Shown here piece by piece: positions 1-10,550 of a DNA stretch of 64,000 nucleotides. Below the pieces are notes generated by a model, which saw only the letters and a program-made list of their open reading frames with translations, did no database searches and was not told the origin of the DNA. Origin of the DNA: Fistulifera solaris (taxonomy: Eukaryota); the NCBI GenBank assembly GCA_030295235.1, contig AP026150.1, forward strand, positions 124,001 through 188,000. The letters run 5' to 3'. Each line of letters begins with the position of its first letter. Positions within the stretch are counted from its first letter, which is position 1. A program made the position numbers and the translations under genes.

Positions 1-676
1 CATTGATCTTCTTCGCGAAGAGTGTAACGTGGTTAGCATGGACGAAAGCGAAACGGACTATCGGTTGGTGCAAAGTTAGAATCCGGAAGTATACCGGTAT
101 ATTTCACAAATGAGGCTTCCGAAAAGAAAGCGTTTGACAAACTGTTTTATGACTTGGTGGGAAGCAGTGCCGTGGCCCCTACGCAGCTAGAAACGTGTGG
201 GCGAAAAATTGTTGTTCCACAAGCCACACTGAAGAGAGGTATCTGTCGGTTCGACTTTACGGATCTATGTAAAAAAAGCTTTGGGTGCAGCAGATTATTT
301 AGTGATTGGGCAATCCTTTGACACGGTATTTGTGGAAAATATACCGACTCTGACCCTCAACGAGATTAATTGGATACGTCGCTTCATTATTTTTGTCGAC
401 GCCATGTACGAAAGTAATGTGAAACTAATCCTTCAAGGCGCTAAACCAGCACAGGAATTGGTGCAAGTAGATAAATCTGACACGGGAACAAGTCACGATG
501 AAATTTTTGCGTTCGATCGAACAGTCAGCCGACTGATGGAGATGTCCAGTGCATCGTACTTGAAGCGAAAATGGAAGTCACACACATCAGACAATCCTGC
601 TGCCATGCTCTCTCAAGCTCGTGCAACAGTCTGCGTTCAACCTAGCTTGGGGGATTCTAAAGAGCGCAGGCAGTGA
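1..676 (+). CDS. AFG1/ZapE (LACE1)-family ATPase, C-terminal part; 5' end lies outside the window
   Basis: Motifs RFDFTDLCKK-ALGAADY, VFVENIP, RRFIIFVDAMYE and FAFDRTVSRLMEM. One extra A in the A7 run at 271-277 shifts the frame. Confidence 0.85.
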
Positions 677-728
677 GTTATTCCGAGCTAAGTAGTTTGT
701 AATGTCGTTGATGTTAAATGAATCGGCG

Positions 729-1259
729 CTATTGGTGAAGAACTTCATTTTCTTGTAGCAATAATAGTTTCTCAGACAAAACTAACATGGTCTTTTCGTA
801 GTGTTCCAACATCTGATCAAGCCGCGCCGTTAATCGTCTGGTACGCTGCTGGGTGTCGCTTAACGTAGCTTCAACCATTTCCAAGCCGGCCGGATAGTCG
901 TCAGTAGGCTCCAGCAGAGGGGAACCAAGTATAGTGCTGTGATTGGGATCCCTTGTGACCAGTTGTGAAATCAATTGCAACTGCTCTAAAACTGCCTTGT
1001 AGTCTTGAGCAGATGCTAGAATTTCTTGTTGCCGGTAAAGTAGAGGAGCAATTCCTCCGGACGCATTGTGAGATAAAGCCGTTTTCGGGTCTAGCTCTTC
1101 CATCAGTGATGCAATGAAATTCCAGTCTTTAGGTTCCTCTAATGAACTAGTTTCTAGTGCCTGCAAACGTTCCTCGAGGTCGGCATCATTGTTGGAGAAA
1201 CCTGACACTGCCTCCAACTGTGCAATGCGCTGTTCTAGCTTCATCAACCTTTCTGTCAT
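729..1259 (-). CDS. Coiled-coil protein resembling dynactin subunit 3 (p22/p24)
   Basis: ATG at 1259 (MTERLMKLEQRIAQLE). LMEELDP, QQEILASA and the C-terminal LDQMLEHYEKTMLVLSEK follow the DCTN3 pattern; ~176 aa. Confidence 0.5.
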   Translation of the reverse strand: MTERLMKLEQRIAQLEAVSGFSNNDADLEERLQALETSSLEEPKDWNFIASLMEELDPKTALSHNASGGIAPLLYRQQEILASAQDYKAVLEQLQLISQLVTRDPNHSTILGSPLLEPTDDYPAGLEMVEATLSDTQQRTRRLTARLDQMLEHYEKTMLVLSEKLLLLQENEVLHQ

Positions 1260-1570
1260 GTTTTTAGCCGAATGATGATTGTTAGATGATACGGAGTACT
1301 TGGGTAAATTATTGATCGAGAAGAATGCAAATAAGTAAAAGACGAATGATACCAGGTAGATCGAAGCAACAGTTAAATTTAGGTGTTTTCGCACCTCGCG
1401 TCTGCGAGATGCGACATGCGACGAAAAATATGGAGCATTTTTGTTTCAGGGTCGTGAGTCACGAGGAGTCATGGAAGAACTATTTATTTATTTGCTAGCA
1501 CAATCAAAGTATCGCATTTGTTAGTCGGAACGCTTCGATAAGCTAACATTTCCAATATGTTATATGTTAC

Positions 1571-3380
1571 TTAACGTGATGCCAGTCGTTGCTCCACGTA
1601 CGATGTTTGAAATGCGGAGACACGAGATGCAATAAGCTCATTCCAAACGTTTAACAAATTTTTGGGCGGCTCGTGTCGGCCGCCCTCAAGTAGCTGTCGC
1701 CGGTTGACACCCGCAGAGAAATCCCACAAACACTGTTTCAGCACTGATGGTAATTGCGAAGAAGAAATCGCTGAGGGCTCATCAAGCTTGAGTAAGTCTA
1801 AACATAATTCACGAAACGGTTCATCGCTGAGCAAATGTTCGATAATTGAAGAACAGTGAAAATCAATCCCCTGTACGGAAATATCCTTTAGCATCAGTTG
1901 ATGAAGCTTGTTTCGACAAAGTTCAGACACAAACTGATGGGCTTGATATCTCGTCCGCTCGTGTATGGTCGCTGGCACAAGAGCCCAATTTAAATTCAAT
2001 TTAGGACACTGATCATCCCTTTCAAATCTAGTTCTCCATACTGTTGCAAAAGAACGCAGCATCTGGACATCGCCTTTCATACCTCCGTATTCAGCGCGAG
2101 CCAGCATAGCCCAGATGAGCGATGATGACTGAGAAAACAGTTGTTGTGTGAGGAGCTCTTCGTGCAGTGATGTTAGTGAGGCAGTAGCAAGGGAGTCTCC
2201 GATGGCATTCGGTGGGTCATCTACTTCAGGCGTGATGGACGAGCAACTGTCAATCCACGGGCAACTGCAGATTTCAAAAATGATTTCAAACACGCGAGCT
2301 AATAGAGATGGAGGTATCGAATAGTCTTTGGAATTCGCCATCATAAGCCACACCAGTAGGTCAAAGTCGGGATGCAAAGTCGAATCTTCGAGTACAATGA
2401 TAGGTAGACGCCGCAAGAGCTCTCCTAAGGACTTATCCGCCAGTTCCATTGCGACCTTTACTGACGGTAGCGGACGTCTTCGGCGAATAGATTTTTGAAG
2501 AATCGACTTCAAGACAGGAACGGATAAACGAGAATGACGTTTGACCCAGCGCGATGACTCGGTTAGTTCATTATGGCTGGGTAAAGCTGAAGATAAAGTG
2601 ATGAGAAACTCGGTGGGTGACCGATCCGGAGACAAAGAGCGGTCTTTTACAGTGATTTGTGTTTGCCACGCGAGTGGTTGATGCGAAGGAGCTATCGCGA
2701 AAATACTAACTGTCCCGTTGTCGTGGAGATGAAAGCATTGTTCCTTGGGAGCCATCTCTTTGGATGAAAACATTACTTTCGATTGCGACAACATTCTAGC
2801 CGAAAGCATTCTTTTCTTCCGGAAGTGAATTAATACGTGCCTTCTCATCGTTGCAGTTTGAAGAAGTTGATTCTGTGACATTTCCCTCACTGGCGATGAA
2901 CCGATTTTTACCCAAATCAGTGCTTTCATTGGCCTTTTCATGCGACTGGGATTGCGAGATGCTGGTTGGGGGCTGTGAGATCATATTTGTTTCACAACTA
3001 AAGGCGACTTCACCGTCATCAATCCTTGAAATATTCTCTCCCTGGAGCTGCTTTTCGTGAGAAACGACAGCGGTTGGCTCACCCAAAACAAGCTCTTCGA
3101 CGGAATCGCTGTTGGGCTTGAGTGGCGTTCGCATGTGATTGCAAGTATTCGCAGTTGTGCACTCCAATTTTCCGTTTATCCTGTTTTCGGCTGTATTCTG
3201 ATTATTGTTCTCTTGCTGCAGCAAACACTGGTCAATATGACGATTGATATCCTTTTCGGCAAAATGTTGCAAACAGCCCACAGGACACTGCACAAAGCGG
3301 CTAGCTCGTGGTCGTTTACGACTTGGAGCTGACATGAGCAGTGCGAAAGCGTCGCTGGGCTGCGTATTTTTATCTGGCAT
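1571..3380 (-). CDS. UBZ4 (Rad18-type) zinc-finger protein with a C-terminal helical domain reminiscent of the MgsA/WRNIP1 C-terminus
   Basis: ATG at 3380 (MPDKN). CPVGC..INRHIDQC zinc finger in ORF 2796-3443; LKSILQKSIRR..LLRRLPIIVLED in ORF 1571-2941. The two ORFs join through a 1-nt indel near 2800. Confidence 0.6.
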
Positions 3381-3550
3381 TACTTTTCTTTCTATGTGAA
3401 TGACAATTAAGACAGGGGCAAGAACTTCGGTGTTTGGTGCCAACAGAGCGAAATGTTTTTGCGTTTTTCGTTGTTACATCTTCTGTGGTTTTATTACGGA
3501 ATACGTAAAATTTCTGCAGCTGAAATTCATACCGGTACGACGTCGGACCC

Positions 3551-3645
3551 TTTACGACCTTACGAGCTTTAGCATCTATTGCATTCTTATCTTTCTAAGA
3601 TATCTTTATCCTCGTAAGTAAAGCCCTAACGACAAGGGAAACTTG
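3551..3645 (+). repeat. 5' LTR remnant (3'-terminal 95 bp only)
   Basis: TTTACGACCTTACGAGC...GGGAAACTTG matches 9882-9976; sequence upstream of 3551 does not match the 3' LTR. Confidence 0.9.
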
Positions 3646-4054
3646 GTTTATCAGACCCAGCCACCGCGGAGCGGCAGCACAACGAAACGAAAAAGAAAAA
3701 CGAAAACGACGACGAAGCGATCTGGCATGCCGATCGTTGCATCTACCGAAAGAGGTGCAAAGTGACCGGTATTTCGATACTTGAGCACATGCCGTTGTGC
3801 ATGCTTTGCGAGTCACAGACCAACGGAATGGTCAAGACGGTCGGGACGAACCGGCAACGACAGCGGTCAGAATGCGCTGTCCGAAGCTGGCCATAAAAAG
3901 GCCGCTTGAAACGAAGTAAAGGAGAAGTATTTATCTCTCTCTTGTGTTGTATGCATTACGCGGATGCGATGCTCACACAAAATGGATTGTGACGAAACAC
4001 GATTACGAAAACGACTAACGAACTCATTTGTCTATTTTATTATTTCAGGATACC

Positions 4055-7000
4055 ATGGAACAGTTGCCTCCCGACGCCATTCCCCAGACCGTGACCCAGA
4101 TCATGGCCCTCTGTGGCATCCCAAACGCCCCTCCAGTTGATGCGAACATGGTTACTCCTGCTCGCTTCATTGCGCTGGAGATTTTTGGTGACTCCTTTGC
4201 CAGGCTCGCAACATTAAGTTCGAGCAGTTGGAGAAGGAACTTGCCGAACTCGCTCAGATCCCTGAGCAACCGTTTTGTTCCTCCTCGCGCACGCAACTGC
4301 ATGAAGGCGTTCATTGCATGGGCAAAGGAGTGCGAGATCTGTGGTTTTGACCCGGCAACGACGGTGTTCCCGGTGGAGGCGGCACCGGAACTCATCGAGT
4401 TGGCTGGAGTCCGTGCAGCATTCATTGCTAATGCAAAGATCACTGCAACGGCTGCCAAGCCGAACCCGTTCAAGTCGAGCGATACGTGGGCGGGCGCCGT
4501 TGGTGGTTAACTTCTTGCGTCAGGTTCCGAACGCGATGGGCATTCCTTTGTCCTATGTCATTCGTGACGTTGAGCAGCCCATTTATGATGTGACTCTTGG
4601 TCCTGAGCGCTCAACCGTTACGTCATGGCTGCTCCTCTTGATGGTCCGCAGTTCAAAGCGGATACGTTGCAGGTTCACACCTACATTGCCAGTTTTATTG
4701 CAGGCAATACTAAAGCGGAAGCGACGGTAAGCACCATGCGGCTAAGGCCTGTGGCCGCACGGATTGGGCAGCATTAAAGGCGACATACGAAGGTACGGGC
4801 GTACCGCGTTGAGTTACTCGACGCGGAGCGCGTCATCGATGATTCTTTCTTCGCAGGAGAAAAAGCGGGCTACACTTGGACGAAGTTTGAGCAAGAATTA
4901 GTGACGGCTTTTCATGTTCTTAACTCCAACGCTGGAGACGGTATTGTCTGTTACTCCGACACTGACATGACGAAGCTGTTGGTGAAGAAGACGAGCTCTT
5001 ACCAACCTCTGGTCGCTGACGAATGCCATGATCATGGCTGGCCTTTCGAAGCCAGTCCCTGATATGAGCTTTGAACAAGCTCTTGCCCTAACCCGTCAAA
5101 TTGTTCAACAGCATGTTAAGCCAGGAGGTGTTTCCAATCGCAACATCAGGTCAGCAACGACGCAGAAGAACAACAAAAAGAACGCTCACAAAGCTAAAGG
5201 TAAAAATGCGAGATTCAAAAATAGGAAAGGGCGATGGGACACGCAACCGCGAACGACGAGTATACGATTACTTTGAAAAATGGTAACAAGTTGAACGTCC
5301 ACCCATCTTATGACTTTTCAGACGATGAGATCCGGCAGATGCAGCCCCACGATTGGCAGAAGATCCGCGACGCCCGAGCAGCATATAAAGCGCAGCGACA
5401 GAACAACCGTTCCATCAATGCGACTAACACAAACAACCAACAGATGGACGCCCGCGACGTTGATCTCGGCATTGACTGGCGCTGCTTCTCAATCTCCAAT
5501 CACAGTTGCGCAAACTAACACCGATCCCGTTGGTACAGTTCATGGTGGACTAAACGAACAGGCGATGATACGTGGCAATCGTTCTATCTCTTATTTCCAA
5601 TTGACTCGCTCCACTGCCAACGACAGATCAGTGCAAGCGACAGCGCAGTGCTATTCCGCAACCAGGTGTATCGGCCGGCCAACGAATGTGATTCCAATGC
5701 CGACACATGTTGCACCGGTAAGAACTTTGTTGTTCTCTCTTACACTAACCGCACTGCCAATGTTTATCCGTATGACGCATCATACGAACCCGTACGAGGC
5801 GTGCCAATTGTTTCGGCCAGCGACGGCGTGGACGAATCCGGTAACTGGTGAAACAGTTATCCTAGTTTTGAACGAATGCTTGTATTATGGCTCGAAACTT
5901 CCCCACACTCTTTGGAACCCCAACCAACTACGTTATAATGGTGTTACAGTCAACGACAACCCCTTCGACCCATCAGAAGACAGCTTGACATTGCAGATTG
6001 ATGATCTGGTGGTTCCACTCGAGTCTAGCGGCACAAAGATCCAGTTCTTCTCTCGCACGCCAACACAACACGAACTGGACACCTGTTGCCACTTGCATCT
6101 CACGAACGAAAACGAATGGAACCCACGCGACGTCATGCTTCAGCCAGACGTCCCCTTTGTCACTCGTACCTCATCTTTGCACTTTGATATTGTACAGGAG
6201 CCCGGCTTGTTTGACGTGATCTCCAGCCCTTGTCGCTCTTAAAGAACATGCTATTGCTTCTGTCAGAGTCACCTCAGATGAGGAGATTCGTGTTTCATCC
6301 ACTGACGCTTGACTCGCGACTCGGCCTGAGGGGACCGAATTTGAGGGGACTTCAGCGCCGGAACCGAGACTGGGATTCAAGACCTTCCCGCACGACGCAC
6401 ATTCGAATCATCTGAACGACATCCAAAGGTGACGCCAATACACTTGAGTGAGCAATGGAACATTGGAGAGAAGCAAGCAGAGGCAACCTTACGGGCCACT
6501 TACCACTCGCTCGGCGCTATCGTGCCGACCGACGCTATATCGCACCTCACATAAAAGGTAAAGTGTCCACTGACACGTTGCATGCCAATGTTAAGTCCTT
6601 GACAGGAATGAAGTACGCCCCAGGTATATTGGAAGAAAGGTGGCTTGTCCGCAGTGTACCCGATGAAGGATAAGACAGGTGACTCAATTGGTAACTCATT
6701 GCATTCTTTCTGTCATGAGTTTGGCGCACTAGTACATGATGGTGCAGCGGCCCAAGTGCGAGCTAACACGCGTTTTCAGCAAATGATGCGACGCTATGAC
6801 ATCCTCTCTCACGTAACAGAAAAGGATCGACCGAACCAGAACCCGGTGGAGCAGGGAATCGGACAGCTGAAAATGAAACTTTACCGAGCCATGCACAAGC
6901 GTAACGTGCCACGACGGCTTTGGGACTACGGCCTTAAGTGGGTATCAGAGATCGGCAACCTCACTGTCAATTCGTCAAAGTATTCCGATGGACGGACGCC

Positions 7001-9673
7001 GTTGGAATGTCTCACGGGCGAGACGCCCGACATCAGTGAGTATACTGACTTTGGTTTTTACGACTATGTTGTTTATCGCAGCAACGCCGGACTAGGAGAG
7101 AACAGTCTGGGGCGCTGGCTTGGAGTCTCACACCGTGTTGGCAACCTAATGGCATATTGGGTCCTACCGGAGTCTGGCATCCCCATTTCAGTCACAACAG
7201 TCCAACGGTTAACGCGGCTCGAGATGCAAACGGACGAGTGGAAGGCACGGATGGCCGACTACGAATGCAAGCTGAAGGAGCGGCTTGGCGAAAACGCCAC
7301 TCAAGGTACCGAACGATATACCGGATGGCTTGTGTTTAGGAGTGTTGGAATGGGAGAGTCAAGCCTTCCTCGACGAGTTCCAACGAGTGATTGACGACCC
7401 AGCTGTGCCACACGGATCAGATGACTTAATTGGACCAAACGACAACTCATACGTTGACATGAGGCTTAGCTTGAAACGAGACCGCGACGGCAAGTTGGTA
7501 GCTGCAAGAGTAGTGAAACGGGCAACCGATGACGACGGCAAACCACTTGGGACACCGGACGATAACCCACTCCTCAATACCAGCCAATACGTGGTAGAGT
7601 ACATTGACGGCGTTTGCGAAGTGCTTACAGCTAACACCATTGCACAAAATATTTTATCCCAGGTCGATGATAACGGCTATGGCAGCCGCGAGTTAGACGA
7701 GATCCTTGACCACCGAGCGACCGATGAAGCAGTACCGAAAGAGAAAGGGTGGATAACAACGGGACGGGAACTCGGAGACGCATTATCACGACGAAAGGAT
7801 GGGAAATACTGGTGCGATGGAAGGACGGCTCTACAGATTGGATAGCATTGAAAGATTTAAAGAACACGTATCCGGTCGAGTTGGCTGAATATGCAGTGAA
7901 GCATGAATTGCAGGAGATGCCGGCATTTGCATATTGGTATAAGCATGTGTTAAAGAAGAGGGACCGAATCTTGTCGAAGCTCAAAACGACGTATTGGGAA
8001 CGAACTCATAAGTACGGCATCCGGATTCCTAAGACGATGAAAGAGGCGTTACAACTTGACAAAGAAAATGGCAATACTTACTGGTACCGACGCAATACGA
8101 AAAGAGATGAAGAACGCGTCGTGTGGCATTCGAGGTCTACAACGGGCGGTTAGAAGATCTCATTGGTTACGAACAGATCACTTGTCACATTATCTTCAAT
8201 GTTAAGTTGAGCGAAGGCTTCCGACAAAAAGCGCGATTTGTTGCCGACGGCCACAAGGTAGAGACACCGCCAACAATTTCGTACAGTTCTGTTGTGTCTC
8301 GTGACTCTGTTCGCATTTGTTTATTACTTGCGGCTCTTAATGGAATTAAAGTGATGTGTGTTGAGAGAAAGTTTATATAAAGGCCGGTCCGGAGTTTGGA
8401 AGTGAAGGGGGACTCTGGATGCTGGTGGTTCGGGCGCTTTATGGCTTGCGTGGTGCAGGAGCTTCCTTCCGTGCCTATCTTGCTACGAAGTTGGAAGAGA
8501 TGGGATTCGCGCCTTGTGTGGCGGACCCCGACGTTTGGATGTGACCAGCAGTGAAAGGCAATGGCGATGAATACTACGAATATATTCTTTGCTATGTTGA
8601 CGACATTATGTGCATAAGTGACGACCCGGTTAAGGTATTAAAGGAATTGGGTCAGAGCTTCCAGTTTAAGAACGACGAGATAAAGGAACCAGATATGTAC
8701 CTTGGGGCGACATTAAAACAACGCACATTGGACGGCGTTCCCCCGATGGTCTGTGACAAGCGACGAATATCTAAAAGCGGCAGTTGAAAATTTGGAAAGA
8801 CAATTGGACGAAAAGAAATTGAAACTACCGAATGCTAAGTACACCAACAAACAGTAACATTGTATTTGAACTCGATGACTCACGCTTTGCTTGATGAAGA
8901 GGAGATCACTCACTTCCAAGAGTTGATCGGCATCTTCGCGATGGGCAACGGAACTTGGGCGAATCGATATATTGCTCGAGGTCTCGCTATTGTCATCCTT
9001 TCAAGCGATGCCGAGGTGGAATCATTTACAGGAAGTCTATCGTATCTTCGCGTTCATTAAAAAGAATCCGAAGTTCTCTCTCTATATGTCGCCGGAGTTA
9101 CCAAAGTTCGAATTCATGCAGATGACAAGGCAGGCGGATGACTTCAAAGAACATTATAGGGACGCAAAGAAGAGTTGCCACCACGAATGCTGAAGCCACG
9201 GGGTAAGTCTGTGGTCATATCTGCATATGTTGATGCATCGCGTGAACCAGGTTACACGGCAATCGCACACTGGAATTCAGATTTTCGTCAATCGAGCATT
9301 GACGATGTGGTTTAGTAAGAAACAATCGACGGTTGAGTCCAGTGCATTTGCGAGTGAATTTATTGCTATGAAGACGTGCATCGAAATGATTGTTGGATTA
9401 CGGTATAAGTTACGGATGATGGGAGTACCGTTAGACGATGAGCCAAGTAAAATCTTTTGCGACAACAACTCGGTGGTATTAAATTCTTCCCAGTTTTCAT
9501 CGACGTTATCCAAGAAGCACAACTCAGTCGCTTATCACCTAACACAATGGCACGTGGGCGGCTGGGATCATCGAGGTCATATGGATTCCTACGCACAAGA
9601 ATCTGGCTGACACGTTTAAGTGATTAAGTAAGCATACAGCGATACTCTCTTTGGAGATATTGCTTACTATTAA
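4055..9673 (+). pseudogene. gag-pol polyprotein of the copia element (fragmented)
   Basis: Protease ECDSNADTCC (~5685); integrase VSTDTL..DGA..NQNPVEQ (6560-6860); RT ITCHIIFNVK..KARFVADGH and YVDD (~8595); RNase H YVDAS..QSTVESSAFASEF..CDNNSV. Many frameshifts, an in-frame TGA at 8542-8544, and RT motif A missing near 8359. Confidence 0.9.
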
Positions 9674-9738
9674 CGATAACTGGCGTGAGGGTGAATAACA
9701 AATCGTCCAACACGGGATGATGAACGATTTGAGGGGAC

Positions 9739-9976
9739 CAAGTAAAATATGCGGTCTATATGGGTATGTCTGTCATGGTACGGCATATTCCCTCACCACG
9801 TCCGAGAGGTTTTCATCCCTTCGGGGTTTCCTCTTCAACACCTTGCTGCTAGCCTTTAACGCACAATTACTCTAAGACGTTTTTACGACCTTACGAGCTT
9901 TAGCAACTATTGCATTCTTATCTTTCTAAGATATCTTTATCCTCGTAAGTAAAGCCCTAACGACAAGGGAAACTTG
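9739..9976 (+). repeat. 3' LTR, ~238 bp
   Basis: Begins just after the PPT. Bounded by the inverted pentamer CAAGT...ACTTG; its last 95 bp repeat the 5' remnant. The left boundary is inferred. Confidence 0.75.
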
Positions 9977-10550
9977 CCGGCACGGGACTTTGTTTCACAA
10001 TACTTTTGACCTTAGTACCTGGTACCTGGTACCAGGTATCACTAATGGAACTACAGCACAGACTGTTTAGTACTGAAGTTCTCTCTCCGTCGTTGGTCGG
10101 AAGTCCGACGTCGGGTATCAGCTACTACGAATAGGACTCCTTTGGCTACTACCTACTACGTAGCAGAGCTCCCCGCTCGTGAGTTCGTGTTTTTCTTTTC
10201 TCTCTAGCGAAAACAGAATCACGAAAGAACAGGACCAAATTTTCTCATAGTAAAAAGGAAACTAGAAACGTAGGGCTTTTTACCTGTCCACGTGTGTTCT
10301 TTAGGAAGTTCACAGATTTTGCTTCCCGAAGTTATTGGGGACTCGGGAATGACACCCATCAAAAGCATCAGCTCCAAAGTGACTTTTCCCCGCGGTTCGG
10401 GCATTCCGCGCTTTTCCTTGTTTCTCCGCCGCGAACGCAAACACATACTCACTCCCGTTACCATCATAAACGCTGGAGCAAGCTCTTGTTTTCAAAAGCA
10501 CATAATTTTGAAATTTTGTTTGTTCTGCTTTGCTTCAACGACAGACAATA

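Larger units (their letters stand above)
3551..9976 (+). mobile_element. Ty1/copia LTR retrotransposon of the diatom CoDi type; degenerate, 5' LTR truncated
   Basis: 95-bp direct repeat at 3551-3645 and 9882-9976 (1 mismatch). Domain order is gag-PR-IN-RT-RH. Purine tract GAGGGGA at 9731-9737. Confidence 0.95.

Noticed and set aside
3531..3540. CCGG on both sides of the LTR element as a TSD
   Set aside because: The left copy is not adjacent to the repeat boundary and the fifth base differs.
4500..9600. Programmed ribosomal frameshifting in the copia polyprotein
   Set aside because: Shifts are numerous and scattered; decay plus assembly indels explain them.
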